The position numbers and the translations under genes are program-made. DNA of 64,000 nt from Candidatus Parcubacteria bacterium (GTDB taxonomy: Bacteria; Patescibacteriota; Minisyncoccia; UBA6257; JAGOQP01): NCBI GenBank assembly GCA_025999395.1, contig AP024682.1, forward strand, positions 301,638-365,637, written 5' to 3'. Below the pieces are notes generated by a model. It saw only the letters and a program-made list of their open reading frames with translations, had not been told where the DNA came from and ran no database searches. Numbering within the stretch: the stretch's first letter is position 1; each line of letters begins with the position of its first letter. Positions 1-9,821 of this stretch are shown here, piece by piece.

Positions 1-108
1 CTGCTGATTTTGGCCCCCGCTTAATTTCCAGAAAAGTAAAAATTCTTGAAAAAGCGGGGGTTTTTTATCTTTCTTGTGATTTTTTGACTTTTATATTAAA
101 ATCGAAGT

Positions 109-453
109 ATGAAGATAACCATCAAAAACACTCAAATTTCTCCTTCACCAGCTTTAGCTGACTACATTCAGAAGAAATTCTCTTCTTTGTCAAAAATTAT
201 TAAGAAAATTGAGGAAAAATTTGTCCCTCATTTGAATATAGAAATAGCTCGAAGTACTAAACATCATCAGAAAGGGAACGTTTACTATGTGGAAATTAAT
301 TTGAAACTTCCCAAAAAAACTTTAAGAATAGAGCAATATGATAATCAGGTGAGAGTAGCGGTTGATAAAGCTAAAAAGAGATTGAAGGTGGCTTTGGAAA
401 GGTATAAGGAGGAGTTAGAGGAAGCTAAGGCAACTTCTTTAAAAGAAGAATAA
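109..453 (+). CDS. hpf: Ribosome hibernation factor HPF/RaiA
   Basis: N-terminal MKITIK..SPALADYIQKK and LRIE..AVD..L motifs; directly upstream of secA, the usual synteny. Confidence 0.85.
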   Translation: MKITIKNTQISPSPALADYIQKKFSSLSKIIKKIEEKFVPHLNIEIARSTKHHQKGNVYYVEINLKLPKKTLRIEQYDNQVRVAVDKAKKRLKVALERYKEELEEAKATSLKEE

Positions 454-501
454 TAAATTTAATCCTTTTGAAATTATTTTTTTAGATTTCTTTACTTTTC
501 T

Positions 502-3126
502 ATGTCTTTATTCGACAGAGTCTTTTCTCCTTTAAAAAAATATCGCTCTTGGGTAAAGAAGATAAATGATTTAGAAAAAGAGGTTAGTTTCCTTTCTGAT
601 GAAGAATTAAAGAAGAAAAGTCTTGATTTAAAAGAAAAAATTCAACTTAAAAAAGTTTCTTTAGAAGAAGCTCTTCCTCAAGCTTTTGCTTTGGTAAGAG
701 AAGCAGCTAAAAGAACTCTTGGTCAAAGGCATTATGATGTTCAATTAATGGGAGGGATTGCTTTGTTTGAGGGAAAAATTGCTGAAATGGCAACGGGTGA
801 GGGAAAAACTTTAGCGGCCACCGCTCCCGCTTATCTTTATGGACTAACAGGGAAAGGAGTTCATGTTGTAACGGTCAATGATTATTTGGCTCAAAGAGAC
901 GCGGTTTGGATGGGGCAAATTTATAATTTTTTAGGGCTAACGGTTGGCTGTTTGAGTCATGACGCGGCTTATCTTTACGATGCAGACTATAAAAATCAGC
1001 AACTAGACAAAGAAAGAGACACCAAAGGAAGTTTTGAAGTAGTTCATGAATTTTTGCGACCCGTTTCTCGAAAAGAAGCTTATTTAGCAGATGTTCTTTA
1101 CGGAACCAATCATGAATTTGGTTTTGACTATTTGAGAGATAATTTAGCTTATCACACCGCCGATCAAGTTCAGCGGCGCCTCAGCCAAGAAGAAAAGCCC
1201 TTCTTTTACGCCATTATTGATGAAGTAGATAGCATTCTTATCGATGAAGCGCGTACTCCCTTGATTATTTCTGCTCCTGATACCCAAGCGGCTGATTACT
1301 ACAAGGTTTTTGCCAAAGTAGTTAGTTTTTTGAAGAAAGATGAAGATTATTTGGTGGATGAGAAAAATCATTTTGTTCAAATCACTGAGGCCGGCATTTC
1401 GAAGGTGGAGAAAATGCTGAATCTAAAAGATCTTTACGGTCCTCAAAATATTAAACTAGTTCATTACTTAGAGGAATCTTTAAAGGCTAAAGCGCTTTTT
1501 TTTAGGGATAAACATTACATTGTCAAAAATGGGGAGGTGGTGATAGTTGATGAATTTACTGGTCGGCTAATGTATGGCCGACGCTATTCGGGTGGTCTTC
1601 ATCAAGCCCTAGAGGCAAAAGAAGGAGTAAAAATTCAGGAAGAGTCAAAAACCTTTGCTCAAATCACTATTCAAAACTACTTTAGGCTTTATCAAAAGAT
1701 TGCCGGAATGACTGGAACGGCTCTTACTTCTAAAGAGGAATTTGAGAAAGTTTATGGTTTAGAAGTAGTAGTAATTCCTCCTAATAAACCTTTAATAAGA
1801 AAAGATCATCCCGATTTTATTTTCAAAACTAAAGAGATAAAGTATCGCCAAATAGTAGAAGAAGTAAAAAAGAGAGTTAAAAAAGGGCAGCCAGTTCTTG
1901 TGGGGACTACTTCAATTGAGGAAAACGAAACTCTTTCTTTATATTTTTCTCGAGCAGGGATTAAGCATCAAGTTTTGAATGCTAAGAATCACGAAAAGGA
2001 AGCTGAAATTATTGCTCAAGCGGGAAGAAAGGGAGCGGTGACTTTGGCTACCAATATGGCGGGAAGGGGAGTGGATATTATTTTAGGCGGCAACCCCCCT
2101 GATCCTAAAGAAGCTGAAGAAGTAAGGAAAGCAGGAGGATTGTTTGTATTGGGAACTAACCGTCACGAAGCTCGAAGAATTGACAATCAACTTCGCGGAC
2201 GAGCCGGCAGACAAGGAGATCCGGGAGAAACTCAATTTTTTCTTTCTTTGGAGGATGATTTATTAAGAATTTTTGGGGGAGAAAGAATTCAGCGGCTGAT
2301 GAGCAATTTTAATTTTCCAGAGGATCAGCCGATTCAATCCTCTTTAATTTCTAAAGTTGTTGATGAAGCCCAGAAAAAAGTAGAAGGGATTAATTTTGAT
2401 ATTCGTAAACATCTTTTTGAATTCGATACGGTTTTAAACAAGCAAAGACAAACTATTTATCGCCGTCGGCAGAATCTTTTAGAAAGAATAGAAAAAGGAG
2501 AAACAATTCAGATTGTAAAGGAGTTTATTGGAGATGTGCTGTTTAAAATAATTTCCGAAGAAGACTTTTCTTTTGAAACTAAAGAGGAAGATTTTTCTAA
2601 GGAGCCTCAAGAATCTCGGCCGGACCTTTCTCAAAAAGTTCAAAACTTTCTCTTGTCTTTGGGATTAGTTGAAGAAAAGGCCGAGCCTTTTAAAGAAGAT
2701 GAGTTAGAAAAAATAATAAGCGAAAAAATTTTTCCTGATTCTTTAGAAAAATCAATAGAAGCAAAAGTTTTGGCGGATAATCAGGCAGGATTAAAGATTT
2801 TATCGGCTTTGGATTTTCTCTGGATTGATCACTTAGAAAATTTAGAAGCGCTTTTAGAGGGAGTAAAAATTAGAGCTTATGGACAAAAAGATCCATTAGT
2901 AGAGTATAAAAGAGAAGCTTTTGAAATGTTTAAGGATTTGATTTTTAATTCGGAAATGATTGCTTTAACAAATATTTTTAAAAATGATAAAAAAGTAGAA
3001 GCAAACTTAAATAAAAAAGATTTTTCATTAAACAAAGATATCAACAAAAATTTTAAAAAAGTAGGTAGAAATGAATTATGCCCTTGTGGCTCCGGTAAAA
3101 AATTTAAAAAGTGTCACGGAACATAG
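502..3126 (+). CDS. secA: Preprotein translocase ATPase SecA
   Basis: MATGEGKT, IIDEVDSILIDEARTPLIIS, QLRGRAGRQGDPG and C-terminal CPCGSGKKFKKCHG motifs. Confidence 0.99.
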   Translation: MSLFDRVFSPLKKYRSWVKKINDLEKEVSFLSDEELKKKSLDLKEKIQLKKVSLEEALPQAFALVREAAKRTLGQRHYDVQLMGGIALFEGKIAEMATGEGKTLAATAPAYLYGLTGKGVHVVTVNDYLAQRDAVWMGQIYNFLGLTVGCLSHDAAYLYDADYKNQQLDKERDTKGSFEVVHEFLRPVSRKEAYLADVLYGTNHEFGFDYLRDNLAYHTADQVQRRLSQEEKPFFYAIIDEVDSILIDEARTPLIISAPDTQAADYYKVFAKVVSFLKKDEDYLVDEKNHFVQITEAGISKVEKMLNLKDLYGPQNIKLVHYLEESLKAKALFFRDKHYIVKNGEVVIVDEFTGRLMYGRRYSGGLHQALEAKEGVKIQEESKTFAQITIQNYFRLYQKIAGMTGTALTSKEEFEKVYGLEVVVIPPNKPLIRKDHPDFIFKTKEIKYRQIVEEVKKRVKKGQPVLVGTTSIEENETLSLYFSRAGIKHQVLNAKNHEKEAEIIAQAGRKGAVTLATNMAGRGVDIILGGNPPDPKEAEEVRKAGGLFVLGTNRHEARRIDNQLRGRAGRQGDPGETQFFLSLEDDLLRIFGGERIQRLMSNFNFPEDQPIQSSLISKVVDEAQKKVEGINFDIRKHLFEFDTVLNKQRQTIYRRRQNLLERIEKGETIQIVKEFIGDVLFKIISEEDFSFETKEEDFSKEPQESRPDLSQKVQNFLLSLGLVEEKAEPFKEDELEKIISEKIFPDSLEKSIEAKVLADNQAGLKILSALDFLWIDHLENLEALLEGVKIRAYGQKDPLVEYKREAFEMFKDLIFNSEMIALTNIFKNDKKVEANLNKKDFSLNKDINKNFKKVGRNELCPCGSGKKFKKCHGT

Positions 3127-3227
3127 GGATAAAGCAATAATGAAAATTATAATAGTTGGATATTCAAAATTTAGAAAAAATTACCGTTTTTAAATTTAAA
3201 AGGTTTTGTTAATTTTAATTAATCTTT

Positions 3228-4031
3228 TTATGGCTTAATAACACATTCTCCTGTTCCAGAAGCAATCGAACCACAAAGACGATTAGTGGGTGAGATTATT
3301 AAGGAGGAATATAAAGTTCCTGTAGCATTTACACAGGTTCCAGTAGGTGTTCTATAACTTTGGTAAGAACGATTAGCCATTAAAGAAGAGCCAGAATCAT
3401 TATAAACACATGAAGGATAATTATTATAATCTCTTCCCCCTCTCCAGAAAGCTTTTTGATTATGATTTAAAGAAAGACAGTAATAGTAAGAAGGAACTCC
3501 AGCATTATTTCCTGTATAACCTTCTGTTGCGCTAAGTGTTGGCATAGTATAGAAGCCGTTATTTGGAAGATAAACAGTTCCAGAACAATTAGTTGAGGAA
3601 TAATACCATGTAGAAGAAGCTCTTCCTTGAAAGGTGCTGCAATCTCCGGTTATCATATGCTTTTTTTGAAAGTTATTGATATATATTGTGCTATCACAAA
3701 AATTATCTGTTCCGGAGTCATAAAGAAGAACATTATTGGTTGGCATATAATCATATGAATTTCTTTCTCCGAAAATAACAATGGCGATTGTATTTAAAGT
3801 TTGTCCTCCAGCATTAATTCTGCCCCAAAAATCATAAATTCCAAGTACTCCTCCTATTCCTCCAAACTTTCCTACTAGCGTTGTTCCATCTGATTGGTAT
3901 ACATTTAATCGTTTATCGTAAATTGTATAAGAGAAAACTAGATGAGAAAAGAAAATAAAGGTTAAAATAAGGAAAAATAAAAAAATATATCTGATTTTTT
4001 TATTATCTATAAACTTTTTTTTAAATAACAT
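3228..4031 (-). CDS. Secreted Cys-rich protein, paralogue of the C-terminal domain of the upstream pilin-like protein
   Basis: N-terminal hydrophobic segment; shares LNVYQSDG, KHMITGDCSTFQGRASSTWYYS, CLSLNHNQKAFWRGG and IISPTNRLCGSIASGTGECVIKP with 4040..5926. Confidence 0.75.
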   Translation of the reverse strand: MLFKKKFIDNKKIRYIFLFFLILTFIFFSHLVFSYTIYDKRLNVYQSDGTTLVGKFGGIGGVLGIYDFWGRINAGGQTLNTIAIVIFGERNSYDYMPTNNVLLYDSGTDNFCDSTIYINNFQKKHMITGDCSTFQGRASSTWYYSSTNCSGTVYLPNNGFYTMPTLSATEGYTGNNAGVPSYYYCLSLNHNQKAFWRGGRDYNNYPSCVYNDSGSSLMANRSYQSYRTPTGTCVNATGTLYSSLIISPTNRLCGSIASGTGECVIKP

Positions 4032-4039
4032 AAAATATT

Positions 4040-5926
4040 TTAAGGCTTAATAACACACTCTCCTGTGCCAGAAGCAATTGAGCCACAAAGGCGATTAGTG
4101 GGCGAGATTATTATTCCATTATATAAAGTTCCGGTAGCATTAATACAGGTTCCAGTGGGGGTTCTATAACTTTGATAAGAACGATTAGCCATTAAAGAAC
4201 CTCCATAATCGTTATAGAAACATGAAGGTGTATCTTGATAACGATATTCTCCTGGTGGATTACAGTATTTAAGATATGTACTATAACCGCCTCTCCAGAA
4301 AGCTTTTTGATTATGATTTAAAGAAAGACAGTATAAATAGTAGTTGTTTGCGTTATTGTTTATATCTGTACAAACATCATCTCCCCACCCTTCCCAGCCA
4401 CTATTAACTGCCATTTGGAATAAACTATTAATATAAACTGAACCGGTACAATTTGTTCCTGAATAATACCATGTAGAAGAAGCTCTTCCTTGAAAAGTGC
4501 TACAATCTCCGGTTATCATATGCTTTATTTGATTAGTTGATGAGGAAAGGTAGACGGTAAAATCACAAAGATTATCTACTACTCCACTGTAAATAAGAGC
4601 TTGATTAGTTGGCATCCCATTAGAAGAATCCCTTGTTGAATAAACAGCTCGGGCTTGTTGAGAGTTTCCAGCAGCAGTAAAATCATAAAGAATTGGTCTT
4701 CCTAGATCAATTAACTGTCCCACCAAATTTAATCCATCTGACTGATAAACATTTAAAATTCCTTCACCTACTGAATTATCAACATATCCTTTTGTTGCTA
4801 CATCGCTACTGGCAGTTGGAGAGGCGACATTGGTGATTTTGTAAGTAGGAGTTGCTCCCGAAAGCTTGATGTTGCCTGCTACCTCTAGCTTTTCTCCCGG
4901 TGTTCCTGTTCCAATGCCGACATTACCCGAGGCATCAATTTTTATTCCTCTTGCTGAACTACTCCATTGGCCGATCATAAGACTACCAGTATTTGATCCT
5001 CCCGATCCATAATAAATAAGACCAATATCTCCTGCTGATGACATTGGATTATATCCACCACTACCCAATTCAGCAATTGAAAATATTCTTGCCCCCCCAT
5101 CATCTCTTAAAAGAAGACCAATTTCGTTGGCATTTGAAGTATAAATATCTAATTTTGTTCCTCCTGCTGGAGTTGCTACTCCAATCCCAACATTGCCACT
5201 AACAATTAATCCGTTGGAGGGGGCGGTGTTAACTCCAGCATAACTTCCAATGGCTACTCCGCCGGCAACATCAAGTTTGTTTAAAAGAGTAGTCACACCA
5301 ATACCAACATTTCCAGAGAAGGAAGCATTCTTCCAGCGGTTCGAGGTTCCCACAGAGTAGGTATTGTCAACTCCGGGAATTAAATCAGAATCAAAGGTGG
5401 CTGCAGAAACACGAGAAACAGCAGAGCGCAAAGAACGGCGAATAGTGCTTCCCTCCACTTTATTAGCGGCTGACATTGCTAAATCGATTTGAACAATATC
5501 TTTGCCGGGGTATTGGGTAAGTTTCTTAAATTCAAGAGAATCAATAACAACTTTATCGCTGGTAATGGATTGAGGAGTACCACTGGCTCCTTCTTTTACA
5601 TAAATTCTGCCATTTTCCAAATAAATAGTAGTGGGATCAACGGCGCTATCTTTCATTCTTAGAGTTAAAGAGGTGGTTGGTGTGCCGGGAGTTATATCTA
5701 CCAAACTTGAGTTTCTAATAAGCCTTTGAATAGTTTGCATAGCAAAATTAAGCTGTCCTGAAATTTCTACTTGAGCGCTTTGTTCGGTTTGCACTTTGGT
5801 GACGCTTAAGAAAATGCCGGTAGCAACTGAGGCAACAATTCCCAAAATTCCTACATAAATAAGCATCTCCATCAAGGAAAATCCCTGATTGTTTTTGAAA
5901 AAACAAGAAGCAGAGGTTTTTTTCAT
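4040..5926 (-). CDS. Large type IV pilin-like protein: prepilin N-terminus, GNVGIG repeats, Cys-rich tip domain
   Basis: QGF|SLMEMLIYVGILGIV prepilin cleavage/methylation motif; three GNVGIG repeats; ATKGYVD fibre motif; likely ATG at 5926. Confidence 0.85.
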   Translation of the reverse strand: MKKTSASCFFKNNQGFSLMEMLIYVGILGIVASVATGIFLSVTKVQTEQSAQVEISGQLNFAMQTIQRLIRNSSLVDITPGTPTTSLTLRMKDSAVDPTTIYLENGRIYVKEGASGTPQSITSDKVVIDSLEFKKLTQYPGKDIVQIDLAMSAANKVEGSTIRRSLRSAVSRVSAATFDSDLIPGVDNTYSVGTSNRWKNASFSGNVGIGVTTLLNKLDVAGGVAIGSYAGVNTAPSNGLIVSGNVGIGVATPAGGTKLDIYTSNANEIGLLLRDDGGARIFSIAELGSGGYNPMSSAGDIGLIYYGSGGSNTGSLMIGQWSSSARGIKIDASGNVGIGTGTPGEKLEVAGNIKLSGATPTYKITNVASPTASSDVATKGYVDNSVGEGILNVYQSDGLNLVGQLIDLGRPILYDFTAAGNSQQARAVYSTRDSSNGMPTNQALIYSGVVDNLCDFTVYLSSSTNQIKHMITGDCSTFQGRASSTWYYSGTNCTGSVYINSLFQMAVNSGWEGWGDDVCTDINNNANNYYLYCLSLNHNQKAFWRGGYSTYLKYCNPPGEYRYQDTPSCFYNDYGGSLMANRSYQSYRTPTGTCINATGTLYNGIIISPTNRLCGSIASGTGECVIKP

Positions 5927-6039
5927 GTTTTTAAAACCTTCTTTTTTAATTACATTGGGAGACACAACTTTTCTTTATTAATTTTACCAGCTTTAAAAAT
6001 AAAAACAAAGCAAGGTGTGGATAAACAAGAGAGAAGGAA

Positions 6040-6723
6040 TCAGAAGGATTTTAAAAGAATTACCTTGCCAATTATTTCTTTTTTGTCTATTAATCCAAAG
6101 CGAGTGGAATCCAGAGAACCTTCAATTTTATTTCCTAAAATTAAGTAGGTATTTTCTGGAATCACTGGATAATCTCTCAGATAAAGCTTTAAGATGGCTG
6201 ATCTTTCTTTAGGAATAAAATAAGGGATTTGTTGAGCGTTAGTTAAAATTTGATCGTTAACAAGGATTTGATAACCATCCTCTTCTTCTTTTAGTTGCCA
6301 TTTATCGTTGGGAAGAGCTTTTACAATTTTAATTAACCTTTGACCGTTAGGGTGCTGGTAAATAATTATATCGTTTCTTTGGACTGGGTGACATTGGTAA
6401 TAATTTTCAAGAACTTTTATTTTTTCTCCGCTTTCTACAATTCCTGACATTGAATCTCCTATTACTTCTTCTAAAAGAGTTTTAATTTGGCAATCTTTTT
6501 CTAAGGGGGCCTGATTTTTCTCTTCTGAATTGAAATTTTCTTTGGCGACTGAGGCAGATTTATTTTCGACTAATTTATCGGAGTTATCTTGGAAAGAAAT
6601 TTTATTGTCAGAAAAGGCGTCATCTTTTTGGCTAACTTTTAGAGAGAGGAAAAATAAGCCAAATAAGGCAATTAAAATCAAGGTCAAACTTCCTACTAAA
6701 ATCAGAATTGTCTTCAATTTCAT
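6040..6723 (-). CDS. Signal peptidase I (S26) family protein
   Basis: N-terminal TM helix, GDSM catalytic Ser, LIKIV Lys, LGN...SLDSTRFGLI box E. Confidence 0.85.
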   Translation of the reverse strand: MKLKTILILVGSLTLILIALFGLFFLSLKVSQKDDAFSDNKISFQDNSDKLVENKSASVAKENFNSEEKNQAPLEKDCQIKTLLEEVIGDSMSGIVESGEKIKVLENYYQCHPVQRNDIIIYQHPNGQRLIKIVKALPNDKWQLKEEEDGYQILVNDQILTNAQQIPYFIPKERSAILKLYLRDYPVIPENTYLILGNKIEGSLDSTRFGLIDKKEIIGKVILLKSF

Positions 6724-6803
6724 ATTTATTTTATAAGCTTGCGATAAGCGATTATTGTCATTATACTCTGAAAAAGAAGAGAGAGGTAGTTTTTATTTAT
6801 CTT

Positions 6804-8681
6804 ATGGATATTCGAAATTTTTGTATTATTGCTCATATCGATCACGGTAAGTCCACTTTAGCTGATCGCTTGTTAGAAATCACAAACACAGTTGATAAAA
6901 GACAGATGAAGTCTCAGTATTTAGATCAGTTGGAGCTAGAAAGAGAAAGAGGGATTACTATAAAGATGGCTCCCGTAAGAATGAAATATTTTTTTCGGGG
7001 GCAGGAGTATTGTTTAAATTTGATAGATACCCCTGGTCATCCTGATTTTGGATATGAGGTTTCTCGGGCTTTAGCGGCAGTAGAAGGAGCAATCCTTTTG
7101 GTTGATGCTACTCAAGGAATTCAAGCACAGACTCTTTCTAACTTTTATGCAGCTCAAAAAGCAGGCTTAAAAATTATTGGAGCGGTAAATAAGATTGATT
7201 TGGGAAGTTTTGATGTAGAAAAAGCGGTCAAAGAAACCGCTTCTCTTTTAGGAGTAGATGAAAGCGAAATTTCAAGAATTTCAGCTAAAACAGGAGCGGG
7301 AGTAAAGGAATTATTGGAAAGATTAATCGAAGAAGTTCCTCCCCCCCAGATTCAAAATCATCAGCAAATTTCTCGAGCTTTAATTTTCGATTCCTTTTAT
7401 GATAATCATAAAGGGATTGTTGCTACGGTAAGAGTTTTTGAGGGAAGTTTTAAAGCTAATCAGGAAGTTTTTTTGATCGCCGCTAAGGAAAAATTTAAGA
7501 TCAAGGAGGTGGGTTATTTTACTCCTCATCTTTCAGCTACCGACTCTTTGTCGGAGGGAGAAATTGGTTATTTAGTAACTGGTATAAGAGATCCTCATCA
7601 AGTAAAAATTGGAGATACCGTTATTTCGCTGAAAGCGAAATTGCAGACAAATAAAATTGGTGTTAGTGCTAATCAACATTTTGATTCACATCAGGCTGCA
7701 CTCTGGGCCCTGCCAGGTTATCGAGAACCCAAGCCAGTAGTTTTTGTTTCTTTTTATCCTGATAATCCTGACGAATACGAAAACTTAAAGAAGTCTTTGG
7801 AACGCCTTAAACTAAATGATTCTTCTTTTACTTTTGAACCGGACGCTAACGAAGTTTTGGGAAGGGGATTTAAAGGAGGATTTTTGGGGAAGCTTCATTT
7901 TGAAATTGTTCTCCAACGTTTGGAAAGAGAATTTGGAGTGAAAACAGTTACTTCTTTTCCTTCAGTGGCTTATAAAGTTAAATTACCCCCAGCTTCTTTA
8001 AAAAAGGATAATCTATCTAGGTTAGAAAAAGATGAAGAAGGTTTTTTGATTATTCGCAATCCCAAAGACTTGCCCGATAACTTTTTAGAGATTTGGGAGC
8101 CGATGATTAGGGTAGAAATTATTGCTCCTCATCATTTATTAGGAAGTCTTCTTCAATTAAAAGAAGCTTTTCGTTGGCAAGAAGTAAATACTAAGTTGAT
8201 AGGAGAAAAGGTTATTATCGAAACAAAAATGCCTTTGGCAGAATTAATTTCTGACTTCGATGATAGGTTAAAGTCGGTTTCGGGTGGGTTTGCTTCTTTT
8301 AGTTATCAAGAAGAAGGTTACCAAAAATCAGATCTGGCGAAATTAGAGATTCTGGTGGCTGGTGAAGTGGTCCCCGGGCTTTCTCGAATTTTACCTAAAG
8401 AAACTCTGGAAAAAGAAGCGCGAAAAATGGTTTTGCGTCTTAAAGAAATACTTCCTCGTCAGCAATTTAGCCAAGCTCTTCAAGCAAAAGCACAAGGAAG
8501 AATTATTGCTCGAGAAACTATCCCCGCTTTAAAAAAAGATGTGACTGGTTATCTTTACGGAGGTGATCGAACTCGGAAGATGAAGCTTTGGAAAAAACAA
8601 AAGGAAGGGAAAAAGAAGCTTTTGTCTTTGGCGCGGGTAAGAATTTCTCCTCAAGACTTTAAAAAGATTTTGTCTAAATAG
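6804..8681 (+). CDS. lepA: Elongation factor 4 LepA
   Basis: MDIRNFCIIAHIDHGKSTLADR start at 6804; GFLGKLH; YGGDRTRKMKL. Confidence 0.98.
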   Translation: MDIRNFCIIAHIDHGKSTLADRLLEITNTVDKRQMKSQYLDQLELERERGITIKMAPVRMKYFFRGQEYCLNLIDTPGHPDFGYEVSRALAAVEGAILLVDATQGIQAQTLSNFYAAQKAGLKIIGAVNKIDLGSFDVEKAVKETASLLGVDESEISRISAKTGAGVKELLERLIEEVPPPQIQNHQQISRALIFDSFYDNHKGIVATVRVFEGSFKANQEVFLIAAKEKFKIKEVGYFTPHLSATDSLSEGEIGYLVTGIRDPHQVKIGDTVISLKAKLQTNKIGVSANQHFDSHQAALWALPGYREPKPVVFVSFYPDNPDEYENLKKSLERLKLNDSSFTFEPDANEVLGRGFKGGFLGKLHFEIVLQRLEREFGVKTVTSFPSVAYKVKLPPASLKKDNLSRLEKDEEGFLIIRNPKDLPDNFLEIWEPMIRVEIIAPHHLLGSLLQLKEAFRWQEVNTKLIGEKVIIETKMPLAELISDFDDRLKSVSGGFASFSYQEEGYQKSDLAKLEILVAGEVVPGLSRILPKETLEKEARKMVLRLKEILPRQQFSQALQAKAQGRIIARETIPALKKDVTGYLYGGDRTRKMKLWKKQKEGKKKLLSLARVRISPQDFKKILSK

Positions 8682-8734
8682 ATTAAGGGGTTATTTTCTT
8701 TTGGAGAAAAATTATTTGGAGTATAATAAAAACA

Positions 8735-9007
8735 ATGACTAGTTTTAAGAAATTGATTTTAGTGGTTTTTTTGGGGCTGATGGTAGCGGGATTAATGACG
8801 AGTGCTTTTTTATTAACCAAAAAAGTAAAAGAGTTCTCAAAAACTTACAAAGATCTTTCCGCTCAGATTAATAATTTAGCGGAAGAAAATTTGATTATTG
8901 AAAGGGATATAAAGTACTATCTTAACCCGCGCAATTTGGAAAAGAAGTTAAGAGAAAAGTTTAATTATAAGCATCCTTCAGAAAAAATGATTATTGTTGT
9001 GCCTTAA
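8735..9007 (+). CDS. FtsB/FtsL-like septum formation protein
   Basis: TM helix plus coiled coil and LEKKLREKFNYKHPSEK motif resembling DivIC/FtsB. Confidence 0.6.
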   Translation: MTSFKKLILVVFLGLMVAGLMTSAFLLTKKVKEFSKTYKDLSAQINNLAEENLIIERDIKYYLNPRNLEKKLREKFNYKHPSEKMIIVVP

Positions 9008-9088
9008 ATTTAAAAATCTAATGTTGAGTATTATTAGCAACAAAAACAACAAAATTTATTTTGATTTAAAATTAAATTACTTTTTAAA

Positions 9089-9673
9089 ATGAAGTTTGAA
9101 TTATCTGAATTTTTAAAAAACAAAAAAGTTATCGGGTTAGCGTTGGGATTAGGTGGAATTTTAATTGTTTTTTTAATAGTTTTTACTTTTGGTTTGTGGC
9201 CGGTAGCCTTTGTAAATGGAGCGCCAATTTTTGCTTTTCAGTATCAAAAAGCTACTGACTTAGCCTTTAATTATTTTGCAAACTATTCTTCCAATGACCA
9301 AAGTAAAGAGAAATTAAAGGAAGGTTCAAGGGCAATTGCTTTGGAAGGCTTAATCGACGAAATTCTAATCGATAAAAAATTAAAATCAGAAATGAAAAAG
9401 AGTGAATTGGAAGAAAAAATAGAAAATCACATAAAGCCATTTTTAGATGATCAAGAGGCTCGTCGCTTGCTTTCCAAGCTGATTCGGTTGCCTGAAAAAG
9501 ATATCATTCGCTACTTTCTAAGAATTCAGGCCAAGAATCAAATTTTGGATAGCCGACTAAGATTAGAAAAAAAAGATTTGATCTCTTGGTTGATTGAAGA
9601 AAGAAAAAAGGCAAAAGTAATTATTCTTGTCCCCGGAATCAAATGGACCGAAGAGGGAGTAAAATTAATTTAA
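9089..9673 (+). CDS. SurA N-terminal domain-like protein
   Basis: TM helix followed by VAFVNGAPI and LEGLIDEILI motifs. Confidence 0.6.
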   Translation: MKFELSEFLKNKKVIGLALGLGGILIVFLIVFTFGLWPVAFVNGAPIFAFQYQKATDLAFNYFANYSSNDQSKEKLKEGSRAIALEGLIDEILIDKKLKSEMKKSELEEKIENHIKPFLDDQEARRLLSKLIRLPEKDIIRYFLRIQAKNQILDSRLRLEKKDLISWLIEERKKAKVIILVPGIKWTEEGVKLI

Positions 9674-9723
9674 TTTATTTTTTAAATTTAGATTTTTTAA
9701 AAAAGTTTTAAAAGGATAGGAAG

Positions 9724-9794
9724 AGCGAGTGAGGGGAATCGAACCCCCGCCTGTTCCTTGGGAAGGAACTGTTCTACCACTAAACTACACTCGC
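9724..9794 (-). tRNA. tRNA-Gly(CCC)
   Basis: Reverse complement GCGAGTG...GTTCC-TTCCCAA-GGAAC...GGTTCGATTCC...CACTCGC folds as a cloverleaf. Confidence 0.95.
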
Positions 9795-9821
9795 GCATTA
9801 GATCATAGGATAGTTTAGTTT

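Noticed and set aside
3228-4530. DGR template/variable repeat pair
   Set aside because: Mismatches are mainly synonymous third positions of all base types rather than adenine-specific, both copies are coding, and no reverse transcriptase is in the window.
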